A model generated the notes under the pieces. It was not told the origin of the DNA. It searched no databases and saw nothing but the letters and a program-made list of their open reading frames with translations. Shown piece by piece: positions 30,280-40,162 of a DNA stretch of 64,000 bases. The stretch is taken from assembly GCA_965206695.1 (NCBI GenBank), contig CBDBKM010000002.1:32001-96000 (forward strand). The letters are read 5' to 3'. This DNA is from Chlamydiales bacterium (lineage in GTDB: Bacteria; Chlamydiota; Chlamydiia; Chlamydiales; JAAZZY01). The stretch's first letter is position 1. Each line of letters begins with the position of its first letter. The position numbers were made by a program, and so were the translations under genes.

Positions 30280-31597
30280 ACAAAAAATAAGATTCTCAAT
30301 ATTTAGCAATAATCTTATTTGCTTTGGTATTTCCCTGATTAGATTGCCAATATCGTTTTTATCTTATAAAATGATACATCGACTAGGAAAAATTTTGGGA
30401 ACGATTGCCTATTATACAGTAAAAAAGAAAAGAACACTGGCTATGAATAATTTAGCTGTTTGCAAAACACTTCATTTGAATGAAAAACAGATGAAAAAAA
30501 TAGCTAAACAATCTTTTCAAAATTTAATGATGATTTCTCTAGAGTATTGTAAACTATCTCGCAGTCGTTTTAAAATGCATGAACTTGTTCATTGTGAAAA
30601 TCAGAATGTTTTAACACCACTAAAAGAGAAAAATACAGGTATCATTTTTGTAACCGGTCATTTAGCAAATTGGGAGCTTTGTTTTATCGAATACACCCAA
30701 TATGAACACGCTATGGCAGTTGGAAGACCGATTAAAAATCTCAAGTTATATCAACAAATTATGGATATTCGCCGGATGCACGGCGGTAGTGTTATCGATG
30801 TTCGAGATGCTCTTAAAAAAGGAGTGCAAGAATTAAATAACCGGGGGTCTTTTGCTATGGTCAATGATCAAGCTTTTCCGGAAAGTTCTTATGCCTATCC
30901 CCTTTTCGGCACAAGAGCGTGGACATCTCCCTCGCCCGCCCTTCTCGCATACCGAACGAACAGCCCAATAATCGTTGTATCAACCAAACGGCATAATAAT
31001 GGTACTTACACCTATACATATTCCAAACCTATCCGGCCCAATACAGTTAATTCTTTAAAGAAAGAAATCTATAATGTAATGAACCAAGTCATGAAAAACC
31101 TCGAAGATGCTATTCTCACCTGTCCGGGACAGTGGCTATGGCTTCATAAACGTTGGAAGCAAGAAGGCTATAGGCAAATCTATAAATCTTACAAATATGA
31201 TAATTTTTTAATCATTATGCCTTCTGATCCTAAGCAGTATGATTTGATAAATTCTCACCTGCCCGCTCTGCGTTGTATGTATACCAGAAGTTTTTTTTCT
31301 GTATTGGTGCCTAAGGGACAAGATAATAATGTGAATTTAAAAGATGTAACTATTTTAACTTATGAATCATCAGGAGACCTTTTTCTTAAAGACTGGTCCT
31401 ATCAACTTATTTTTGATTTCTATGATTCTCATCGATTAAGAAAGCATTTTTTAAGACTTGGAGCTTATAAAGCTCTTTCCTTTAAACAATTACTTAAAAA
31501 AATCCCGAAGGAACAGATTCAATTAGATAAACCTCACACTCATAACTTTTTGACACAATCTCTTTGTATTCCCGGAACTCAATTTGTGATGAATTAA
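30245..31597 (+). CDS. htrB: Lipid A late acyltransferase with C-terminal extension
   Basis: TGHLANWEL, NDQ, PGQWLWLHKRWK. Confidence 0.88.
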   Translation: MKLLTKPLKTIKQKIRFSIFSNNLICFGISLIRLPISFLSYKMIHRLGKILGTIAYYTVKKKRTLAMNNLAVCKTLHLNEKQMKKIAKQSFQNLMMISLEYCKLSRSRFKMHELVHCENQNVLTPLKEKNTGIIFVTGHLANWELCFIEYTQYEHAMAVGRPIKNLKLYQQIMDIRRMHGGSVIDVRDALKKGVQELNNRGSFAMVNDQAFPESSYAYPLFGTRAWTSPSPALLAYRTNSPIIVVSTKRHNNGTYTYTYSKPIRPNTVNSLKKEIYNVMNQVMKNLEDAILTCPGQWLWLHKRWKQEGYRQIYKSYKYDNFLIIMPSDPKQYDLINSHLPALRCMYTRSFFSVLVPKGQDNNVNLKDVTILTYESSGDLFLKDWSYQLIFDFYDSHRLRKHFLRLGAYKALSFKQLLKKIPKEQIQLDKPHTHNFLTQSLCIPGTQFVMN

Positions 31598-31851
31598 TCA
31601 TCATCAAAAAGGTTATCTATAAATTCCGAATCTACCAAATCAAAGCCACATTCTTCTTTTATTTCCTTTGCTTTATTCTCTATCCACTCTTTTTTCCCTT
31701 TGAATTGTTCAAAAAGTTCATCTAATGAACGAGTAAGATTGCGTGCATATTCGCTGCGATTTAATCGTTTATCTATATACTTTTCATCAAAAAAGGTAAA
31801 ATATCCCATCAGCCCTACTACTATTAATGATAGAAGAAATAGTACCCGCAC
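31594..31851 (-). CDS. Small membrane-anchored hypothetical protein
   Basis: N-terminal TM segment; GAGGAG upstream of the GTG start. Confidence 0.6.
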   Translation of the reverse strand: MRVLFLLSLIVVGLMGYFTFFDEKYIDKRLNRSEYARNLTRSLDELFEQFKGKKEWIENKAKEIKEECGFDLVDSEFIDNLFDDD

Positions 31852-31993
31852 AAGAAACTCCTCTTACAAATTATGCCCTCAATCTCGATCTAACAAAAAA
31901 TATATTTCATTGTCAACTTATTACTAAAAACCTATTTATTTAAATAATAAAGCGTGGTATTATTCTGTTTTCAAATAAATATTAATTAACACT

Positions 31994-32716
31994 ATGCCTA
32001 TCGGGCGATATTTTATTAACTTTTTATTAGAGAATAACGCTTCTCTTTCGATCAAAGAAGGTGAATTTCATCATATGGTTCATGTGATGCGACAAACCGC
32101 AGGAGAAAATGTTAAACTTATTAATGGAAAAGGTCAGCTGGGTTTAGGCTTAATTGATTCGATAGATAAACATCAGGCAAACATTTCTATTAACGAAATC
32201 AGACAACGCAGTCCATCAACTAAAAAAATCAATATTATCCAAGCCATGCCTAAATTCAACCGACTTAGTTTTATTTTAGAGAAAGGGTGCGAGCTTGGCA
32301 TGGATAAGCTAATCCTATTTCCTGCAGCCAAAAGTGAAATTAAAGAGATTAGTGAAAATAGGTTAAATCGCATGAAAGCATCTATGATTTCAGCTATGAA
32401 ACAATGCGGCTCTCTTTATTTGCCTGAAATCGACATAATAGGCCCTATCTCATCTTGGAAAACCTTTCAAAATCCTACTTACCTAGCGGATTTACACCCT
32501 GATGCTAAACCTCTACTTCCCTTATATCAATCTTTAGAAGATAAATCAGAAGTTAACATATGCATTGGACCTGAAGGAGGTTTTACTGAAAAAGAGAGAA
32601 ATAGCATGCTGCAACTTGATATAAAAAGTGTTACTCTTCACTCTAATGTTCTAAGAACTGAAACGGCTTCTCTAGTCATTCTTAGTATTTTAAAACACTT
32701 TCATTTACCACTTTAA
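31994..32716 (+). CDS. rsmE: 16S rRNA m3U1498 methyltransferase
   Basis: HHMVHVMR, EKGCELG, AMKQCG, IGPEGGFT, VLRTETA. Confidence 0.95.
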   Translation: MPIGRYFINFLLENNASLSIKEGEFHHMVHVMRQTAGENVKLINGKGQLGLGLIDSIDKHQANISINEIRQRSPSTKKINIIQAMPKFNRLSFILEKGCELGMDKLILFPAAKSEIKEISENRLNRMKASMISAMKQCGSLYLPEIDIIGPISSWKTFQNPTYLADLHPDAKPLLPLYQSLEDKSEVNICIGPEGGFTEKERNSMLQLDIKSVTLHSNVLRTETASLVILSILKHFHLPL

Positions 32717-34474
32717 TTCCATAACACCGTTATAAACAATGGCCGATTCAGAATCCATCGTAACCCATTGACCATTTTTTAGAATAGAGCTAGCCCCATC
32801 TGCGCGTACTATAATTGATTTATTTAATGTTTGTGCTACTAAAACGGCATACTTCTCAGACTCTAAATCATCACTATAATTTTCTAAAATGATAGCTTTC
32901 GCTTCCTTTAAGAAGCCAAGATATGAATCATTACAATTCCTTATTACCAAAATTTTATCTTTTACCATATGAACTTTTGGACCCTCCCGGTCATCAATGA
33001 CAATAACCCTTCCGGTTACATGTCCTCCATATCCTTGATGTCCTCTTAGCAAAACATCTCCGATATTCTCTACTATCATCATATTTGTTGTGCCGGAAAC
33101 ACCGAAAGGAGCACCTGCTGTCAATACGACAATATCCCCTAAATGGACATACCCTCTTTGCAAAGCAAAATCACTCACTCTCTTAAAAGCTTCAGAAATC
33201 GTCTCAAAATGTTCACTAAATAAAGGGATAACTCCCCAATTCAATGACAATTGATGATATACTTTGATGTTATCAGTTAAAGCAATAACAGGGATATCCG
33301 GACGAAGGCGAGAGACAAGACGAGGCGTATAACCTGTACTTGTAAATACGAAAATAGAACGAGCTTGTGCATTATATGCCGTATTAACAGACGAAAATGC
33401 TACAGCTGATGGAACATCATGATAAATCTTGCTGCCATGAAGGGTAAAAAAGTCCTTATAATTTATATCTTCTTCTGTTACACCACTTATTCTGTGCATA
33501 ACTTGTACAGATTCAATAGGATACTTCCCCATTGCTGTTTCAGCTGATAACATTAAAGCTGAGGTACTATCGTAAACGGCATTTGCGACATCAGATACTT
33601 CTGCTCTGGTAGGCCTTGGATTCGTATTCATCGATTCCAGCATCTGAGTAGCTGTTATTGCAGGTTTTCCGGCTAGATAACATTTACGAATCATCATTTT
33701 TTGAAGCTTTGGAACTTGACTTAAAGGAACCTCGACACCTAAATCCCCTCTAGCTATCATAATACCATCTGCAACCTGCAAAATAACATCGAAGTTATCA
33801 ATCCCTTCATGACATTCAATCTTAGCAATGACAAGAGTCTCTCCCTTACCATGTTCCTTTAATAACTGTTTAATAGAATGAATATTAGCATCGTTTCGAA
33901 TAAAAGACGCTGCTACTATGTCAATATCTTGCTCACAACCAAAAATGAGGTCTTTAATATCCCTGTCAGTTAGAGCCGGTAAATTTAAAGGCACGCCCGG
34001 AATATTAACCCCTTTGCCGGAACTTAAAATACCTGCATTATCAATTTCGATTAGAATCCCCTCACCATTCTTATCTATAACATGACTTGAGACATAACCA
34101 TCATTGAAGAGAATCGTATTGCCAACGTTCAAATATTCCAGAACAAACGGCGGACAAATCATCATCCTTGAGTCACTCAAAACATTTTCATCGTTGACTA
34201 GCCGGATTTGATCTTTCGCTTTTACTTTTATCTCATCATTTGGAATCTGACCGATTCTAACCTCAGGACCTTTAGTATCCAACATGATTGCTAAGGGTTT
34301 TCGTAAATCAGCCCTTGCACGTTTAAGAATTTGAATCGTTTGCAAATGTTCATCGTGTGTTCCATGGCTAAAGTTTATTCTGGCAATATTCATACCTGAT
34401 TGGATTAATTCTATAATCTTCTCATATGAATTAGTGGCAGGACCAATGGTACATACAATTTTTGTCTTAATCAA
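32705..34474 (-). CDS. pyk: Pyruvate kinase with C-terminal extension
   Basis: TKIVCTIGP, ARINFSHG, DTKGPE, IMIARGDLGVE, ATQMLESM; TTG start. Confidence 0.97.
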   Translation of the reverse strand: MIKTKIVCTIGPATNSYEKIIELIQSGMNIARINFSHGTHDEHLQTIQILKRARADLRKPLAIMLDTKGPEVRIGQIPNDEIKVKAKDQIRLVNDENVLSDSRMMICPPFVLEYLNVGNTILFNDGYVSSHVIDKNGEGILIEIDNAGILSSGKGVNIPGVPLNLPALTDRDIKDLIFGCEQDIDIVAASFIRNDANIHSIKQLLKEHGKGETLVIAKIECHEGIDNFDVILQVADGIMIARGDLGVEVPLSQVPKLQKMMIRKCYLAGKPAITATQMLESMNTNPRPTRAEVSDVANAVYDSTSALMLSAETAMGKYPIESVQVMHRISGVTEEDINYKDFFTLHGSKIYHDVPSAVAFSSVNTAYNAQARSIFVFTSTGYTPRLVSRLRPDIPVIALTDNIKVYHQLSLNWGVIPLFSEHFETISEAFKRVSDFALQRGYVHLGDIVVLTAGAPFGVSGTTNMMIVENIGDVLLRGHQGYGGHVTGRVIVIDDREGPKVHMVKDKILVIRNCNDSYLGFLKEAKAIILENYSDDLESEKYAVLVAQTLNKSIIVRADGASSILKNGQWVTMDSESAIVYNGVMELKW

Positions 34475-34624
34475 AATTTATCAACCTTTATATAAATAAT
34501 TAAATGTAAATAATTAAAAATGATGGCTTTTCATATTAACCGGACCCATAATATCATTCTATCATAGCTTTTATTAATAGCTCAATATAACAAATCTTGT
34601 AGAGTATTCTCATATTCTGTTAGC

Positions 34625-35011
34625 ATGCGACTAAGGAGGCAAATCAAAATGGGCTATAATCCTCTATTCTATAAAAAAGTTAATAGTCTCGTAACCCTTC
34701 TATTTATTATTGGGATGTTAATCACCTTGTTTTTCAAGGAGTTAAACGTTTGGGACTCGGTTATTATTTGCTTTGGAGCCGCTCTGGCCATTCGTCAATA
34801 TCTAGTTGGCAAAATAATCGATATTATAGTAACCGTAATTATATTCACCGCCATATTTATATTCAATAATTTTTATTACTGCGAACTTAGTATATTTATA
34901 TTGTTATTAGTTGCTGCTTTATACATAATGATTCGTCAGTATTTAAGTATTTATAAGCATAGATGCGATGCCGATTGGCATAGTAAAAAATTTAATAATG
35001 AACCTCATTAA
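34625..35011 (+). CDS. Small multi-TM membrane protein
   Basis: About 4 hydrophobic segments; likely start 34649 (AGGAGG upstream). Confidence 0.7.
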   Translation: MRLRRQIKMGYNPLFYKKVNSLVTLLFIIGMLITLFFKELNVWDSVIICFGAALAIRQYLVGKIIDIIVTVIIFTAIFIFNNFYYCELSIFILLLVAALYIMIRQYLSIYKHRCDADWHSKKFNNEPH

Positions 35012-35022
35012 CAAAAATACCA

Positions 35023-35376
35023 TTGATGCAAAAATTTAAATTTAGCTCAAAAGCAGTAGACCTATTTGGGGGGGGGATTGTATTAATTGGCTTAGCTATT
35101 TGCGATCTAACTAATAATCTTTGGCCGGGGATCATCTTAGCCGTTGGCTGCGCTCTTGCCGTAAAACATGCGTTACAAAAAAAGATTTTAGACGCTGCGT
35201 TATTTCTATTAGTCCCGATTTTAATTTTTTTTATTATCACCTACCCACTTACCTTACCTGATCAATTTTCAACTCCAATACTGTTAAGTATTCCGGGGCT
35301 TTATATCCTCATCAAAGGCTTTACCCTTATTATAAAAGAAAAGCGTACACCTAATACTCTTGAATTAGAAAAATAA
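35023..35376 (+). CDS. Small multi-TM membrane protein, resembles the upstream gene
   Basis: GCALAVKHALQKKILD versus GAALAIRQYLVGKIID in the neighbour. Confidence 0.7.
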   Translation: MMQKFKFSSKAVDLFGGGIVLIGLAICDLTNNLWPGIILAVGCALAVKHALQKKILDAALFLLVPILIFFIITYPLTLPDQFSTPILLSIPGLYILIKGFTLIIKEKRTPNTLELEK

Positions 35377-35389
35377 ATGGTTTGTATTT

Positions 35390-36427
35390 ATGGTAATATC
35401 ATCTGATAACTTACTTCCGGGTTCGATAGCTCTTATAGGTGTTGCTTCGGGAAGCTATGCTGCCCTTTTGGCCGGGAGGTCTGTTTTCGGATCAGACACT
35501 CTATCACAACGCTATAATACTTTCCAAAAGATGTTAAGTGATAGCAGCTTATCATTATTAGATCGAATCTATTCTGCTAAAGAGATCGCTTTTGGATCGG
35601 CTACTTGGACTCAAAGAGCCTCAAATTTTATCAAAGCCTGCTTCTATAGTGCAATCTCTTATAGCGCTTATTCTGCATTTCATTCTTTCAATCACTCAAC
35701 TACTTCTTCATCTGACCCTGACTATGTACCTACGCCTCAAAGCAAACTAGCATTTAAAAGATTAACAAAAGAATTTAAGCAGTGTCCTGCAGCAAAATCA
35801 TTTTTAGACGATTTGAAAAGAAAATATTCCATTCAGTTTCGGTGGTCAACTCGTATTCCGAAAGCTGCAATCGAATCTAACCATGACAGTTACCCTTTTT
35901 TTATCAAACCCAAAATAACTATTCTAATCAATCCCAAGATCTCACCGGGGGAAAAAGTTATGGGTCTTTTATTTGAACTAGCTAACTCATGTCACTTAAA
36001 TAAGTTTAAACTTATAAGTGATTTTGCATCTCAAGGAAAGTTATCTAAAGAACAATACGCACAACTGATAGAGAAAGTAGAGGATCGTACAGCTAAATTG
36101 CATCACCGGATTGCCTCCCGGTGTGTACAAAAAGGTATTTGGCCTTCAGAAATAGATGCTTTTGCAAACGTTAAATATAATCACTTTTTTCACGGATATG
36201 CTCAAGAAATATCCGGCCATACGCAAATGTATCGAAATCAATGGCAGAGCACTTATAAGCGCAATTTTTGTTATAAGCAACCTCTGCACCCCGATTGTTC
36301 TAAACAGAATGATTCCTACTCTGCAAGCAATTCTTTTTTTAACACTATTAATCGACAAGCTGTTTTAGATAGCATTCCCATGTCGATAAAAAATATAATT
36401 AGGCAAATACCTACTTGTTTGGATTAA
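35390..36427 (+). CDS. Hypothetical protein
   Basis: 345-aa ORF, two weakly hydrophobic N-terminal segments, LLFELAN motif. Confidence 0.7.
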   Translation: MVISSDNLLPGSIALIGVASGSYAALLAGRSVFGSDTLSQRYNTFQKMLSDSSLSLLDRIYSAKEIAFGSATWTQRASNFIKACFYSAISYSAYSAFHSFNHSTTSSSDPDYVPTPQSKLAFKRLTKEFKQCPAAKSFLDDLKRKYSIQFRWSTRIPKAAIESNHDSYPFFIKPKITILINPKISPGEKVMGLLFELANSCHLNKFKLISDFASQGKLSKEQYAQLIEKVEDRTAKLHHRIASRCVQKGIWPSEIDAFANVKYNHFFHGYAQEISGHTQMYRNQWQSTYKRNFCYKQPLHPDCSKQNDSYSASNSFFNTINRQAVLDSIPMSIKNIIRQIPTCLD

Positions 36428-36507
36428 ACCTCCTCTTAGCAAACAATTCCATCTAGACTTAAACTCTCTATCCTTTATAGAATCTTATCCTTATCTGATG
36501 TAAAGAT

Positions 36508-37269
36508 TTGATTATGCGAAAACTATTTGCGAAGTTATTAATATTGTCTTTTTTCTCATCTGCCACATTTGCTCACGAATTACTTGTGAATTCTAAACAA
36601 CTCTTAGTTATGACTACCAAGGATTGGAGTACTACCACAGGAATACTCCAACGTATGGAACGTCATTCTATTGATGATGATTGGCAAATTATTGGAGACT
36701 CTATACAAGCCAGCGTCGGGAAAAATGGAATGGGGTGGGCTTGCCATCATATTGATGAGAACATAACCTTTAATGAACCCATTAAAATGGAAGGGGATAA
36801 TAAAGCTCCGGCAGGTATCTTGGATTTAGGATCCGCTTTTGGATTCAATCCAATAGACGATTATACCACATTAAAACTACCTTACTTGTTTCTTCATCCT
36901 GCAATAGAAGCTATCGATGATGTCAATTCCATGTTCTATAACCAAATCATAGATACAACGACTCTCTCTTTAATAGAATGGAATTCATCAGAGAAAATGG
37001 GCTTGGAACCACTTTATAAATGGGGCTTAATTATAGAATATAATACCCATACACCACAAGTAGGATACGGTTCTTGTATATTTATGCATATTTGGAAAAG
37101 CCGTGAACAAGGAACAACCGGATGTACGGCTATGAATGAAACCGATTTATTAACGCTTCTTTATTGGCTTGATCCCGATGCAAAACCAAAACTTGTACAA
37201 TTACCAAAAGATGCTTATATAAAACTAAAGGATACATGGAATCTACCTGAACTTAAATTCAATGAATAA
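36508..37269 (+). CDS. Secreted L,D-transpeptidase (YkuD-like) family protein
   Basis: Signal peptide (ATFA), KMEGDNKAPAG, GSCIFMHIW...TTGCTAM (His/Cys catalytic motif). Confidence 0.85.
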   Translation: MIMRKLFAKLLILSFFSSATFAHELLVNSKQLLVMTTKDWSTTTGILQRMERHSIDDDWQIIGDSIQASVGKNGMGWACHHIDENITFNEPIKMEGDNKAPAGILDLGSAFGFNPIDDYTTLKLPYLFLHPAIEAIDDVNSMFYNQIIDTTTLSLIEWNSSEKMGLEPLYKWGLIIEYNTHTPQVGYGSCIFMHIWKSREQGTTGCTAMNETDLLTLLYWLDPDAKPKLVQLPKDAYIKLKDTWNLPELKFNE

Positions 37270-40162
37270 AGAAGAAAACTATCAGTTATACGGCCCTTAT
37301 AAAATCGTTCGCCCAATAGCCAAAGGAGGAATGGGAGAGGTTTTTTTAGCCTACGATAATATATGTAAAAGATATGTGGCATTAAAACGCATTCGATCTG
37401 ACTTAGAAAATAAAGAAAACATACAAAAACGCTTTATTAGAGAAGCTCGGATTGCCAGTAGCTTAGCCCACCCAAATATTATTCCTATTTATAATATTCA
37501 AGATCAAGACAATGCCTACTATACTATGCCTTATGTTGAAGGCAAGACGTTAAAACAGATCTTAAAAGAGGCCTACTATATCGAAAAGAAAGAAGGAAAA
37601 ATCTCTCAAGAAGGATCTATCCCCTCTTTAATGCGTGTTTTTTTAACGATCTGTGAAGCTATATCATATGCACATGCAAGAGGCATTTTACATCGAGATA
37701 TTAAACCGGAAAATATTTTGATAGGTAAATATGGTGAAGTCTTTATTTTTGATTGGGGGGTCGCTGAAAAAACAAAGATTGCTTACCTAGAAGATGAAGA
37801 AGACTGTTACCTGTCTTCAATTAATGATAAAGAGGATGAATATGAAAAACTAACGAGACCGGGTAAAATTGTAGGCACCCTTCCCTTTATGGCTCCTCAG
37901 CGTATCTTTGGAAGGCCCGCAACTCCATTAGCCGATATCTATGCCTTAGGTGTCATGCTTTATTTTATCTTAACCCTAAGGCTTCCATTCAAACGCAAAT
38001 CCTTAAAAGAAGCACGTCAAACAGTACATTTAGAGCAATGGCCCGAGCCTACTAAAGTAGCTCCTTACCGTGATATTCCTCAAATGCTGATACACATTGT
38101 AAAGAAGTGCCTTTATCCGGATCCTCAGAAACGCTATCAAACTGTCAAAGATCTCATCAAAGATCTAAAACAATTTATCGAAGGAGGATCCGAATGGTTC
38201 CAGATTGCCGAACTCAATATCCATAAGAAAGAAGATTGGCAATTTCAAGAAAATGTCCTTTTAACCAAACAATTAGCTATTGCTCCGGATGATAAAACCG
38301 TTGAATGGGTTAGCTTAATGATTTCAAAAGCTTCTTTCGAAGGAACGACTCAATTAAAAGCGAATGTCAAAATCACAGAAGGTAAGGGAATCGGGTTCTT
38401 ATTATGCGTGCCCGAATCACAAGAGCGAAATTCTCCTTACGATGGTTATAGTCTTTGGCTAGGAGATACTCATATCAAACTATTTCGAGGCCAGGTCGAG
38501 GTTTTACATCTTACTGAGATGTTTTTAGAAAACAATAAATGGTTTCAAGTACGAATCGAGAAAATTGATAACAACTTTTATCTCTATCTAAGTGAAGAAC
38601 TGATATTTTCATATATTTCTCATCTACCCCTTATTGGTACTCATATTGGCGTTCTTTATCGAGATGCAGACTTTGAAGTCTCAGAACTTATTATCGCTGT
38701 TGCCAGCCCTAGTATTACGATTAGTTGTCTAGCAGTACCCGACTCCTTATTAGCATATAAAGCGTACGATAAAGCTTTAATAGAATATCGCCGAATTGGC
38801 TATTCATTTCCCGGAAGACACGAAGGCAGGGAAGCTTTTTTTAGAGCCGGGGTCACACTCCTGGAACAAGCAAAAAATTTCAAAGCAAAAAAAAATGCCA
38901 AGAAAATATTTTCTTTAGCTTTAGATGAATTCGAAAAGCTGCGACATACGCCGGGAGCTCCTTTAGAATATTTAGGAAAAGCACTCGTATACGAGGCATT
39001 AAATGAAAATGCAGAAGAATTAAAATGTTTGGAACTTGGGATAAGACGATATCGACAACACCCTCTTCTCTCATTAGTATATGCTCAAATCATCTACCGT
39101 ATGCATCAAAGTTCAAGCCATGATAGAAGAGCGACCTATCGGTTTGCTTTGCTTGCAACCAGACATATTCCTAAAAAATTTATCGATACTAACTCCATTG
39201 CATTAATTAAAAACTCTAAATTGCATGGTGATGATTTATTTTTCTTAGAACCTTCCGATTCCACTGCAAGCGAGATTCAAGAAGATATGGACCTTTCCAT
39301 CTATTTATCTATCTCCTTAGCTAAGCCTTATATCATTCTTGAAATAATCAATGAAATATTACATTCCAAAACCCCCTCTCCAACCCTTTTAAGAAACGCT
39401 TTAATGGGTCTTTATTTCTTAGGTGTTCATGAACTTAATAATACGATCAAAGAAAAATTGACGACCTATATCCAACAACTACCCAAAGACAACAGAAATG
39501 ATCTCGCTTTAATAGAAGCGCTTATTCCTCTCATTAATAAAACTCATTTATCTCAAGCAATTACACTCTTTTTTAAACATGTCAACACACAATTAACTTC
39601 TAGCCAAGAAAGCATTCTCTTTTTTTTATTAGAAGAGGCGTTACGCTTTAAACAAGAAAAACTTATTGAACCTGTTTATCTAAAATTAGAAGACAAAAAG
39701 ATCAATTATAAACAAACATTTCGCATGGCATGTTATCGTCTTTGGGGCTTCCTTCTTTTACAAGAAAATGAAAATTGCGAAAGTATTTTTAATGACTTTT
39801 CTTTAGATGATCCGGATGTGGAATCTTCTATTTTCTTTTTTTTATACGGTTGTTACTTACAGGCTGTTAAAGGCAAAAAAGAAGCTCTTAAGCACTTTTT
39901 AAACGTTTTAGAAGTACCTTTTCCTAAATCTTACTCTCTTGGTTGCTACTATATTTCTAAAAAACTTAACTCTTTAAACAGTTTCAAAGAAAAGGCCTTC
40001 TCTTTGGAAACAAAAGAATTTTATAAACAACTCTATCTTTTCTATACATGCCAAGGTGATTCAAAATTGTCACAAACGTATTATAATTTATGGCTAAAAG
40101 AGTTTCCTTCCGTTAAGCAATCGGCGGATCCGGATGCCTCTTGGGTTAAAAAAAAGAAATAA
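37262..40162 (+). CDS. pknD: Ser/Thr protein kinase PknD
   Basis: KGGMGEV, VALKRIR, HRDIKPENIL, DWG, TRPGKIVGT; central SCLAVPD and FPGRHEGREA as in chlamydial PknD. Confidence 0.92.
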   Translation: MNKEENYQLYGPYKIVRPIAKGGMGEVFLAYDNICKRYVALKRIRSDLENKENIQKRFIREARIASSLAHPNIIPIYNIQDQDNAYYTMPYVEGKTLKQILKEAYYIEKKEGKISQEGSIPSLMRVFLTICEAISYAHARGILHRDIKPENILIGKYGEVFIFDWGVAEKTKIAYLEDEEDCYLSSINDKEDEYEKLTRPGKIVGTLPFMAPQRIFGRPATPLADIYALGVMLYFILTLRLPFKRKSLKEARQTVHLEQWPEPTKVAPYRDIPQMLIHIVKKCLYPDPQKRYQTVKDLIKDLKQFIEGGSEWFQIAELNIHKKEDWQFQENVLLTKQLAIAPDDKTVEWVSLMISKASFEGTTQLKANVKITEGKGIGFLLCVPESQERNSPYDGYSLWLGDTHIKLFRGQVEVLHLTEMFLENNKWFQVRIEKIDNNFYLYLSEELIFSYISHLPLIGTHIGVLYRDADFEVSELIIAVASPSITISCLAVPDSLLAYKAYDKALIEYRRIGYSFPGRHEGREAFFRAGVTLLEQAKNFKAKKNAKKIFSLALDEFEKLRHTPGAPLEYLGKALVYEALNENAEELKCLELGIRRYRQHPLLSLVYAQIIYRMHQSSSHDRRATYRFALLATRHIPKKFIDTNSIALIKNSKLHGDDLFFLEPSDSTASEIQEDMDLSIYLSISLAKPYIILEIINEILHSKTPSPTLLRNALMGLYFLGVHELNNTIKEKLTTYIQQLPKDNRNDLALIEALIPLINKTHLSQAITLFFKHVNTQLTSSQESILFFLLEEALRFKQEKLIEPVYLKLEDKKINYKQTFRMACYRLWGFLLLQENENCESIFNDFSLDDPDVESSIFFFLYGCYLQAVKGKKEALKHFLNVLEVPFPKSYSLGCYYISKKLNSLNSFKEKAFSLETKEFYKQLYLFYTCQGDSKLSQTYYNLWLKEFPSVKQSADPDASWVKKKK

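Noticed and set aside
26248..31597. folP-dacA-ybbR-GT4-htrB cluster as a novel c-di-AMP system
   Set aside because: folP/cdaA/cdaR linkage is common, and dacA-ybbR near htrB is ordinary chlamydial gene order as I recall it.
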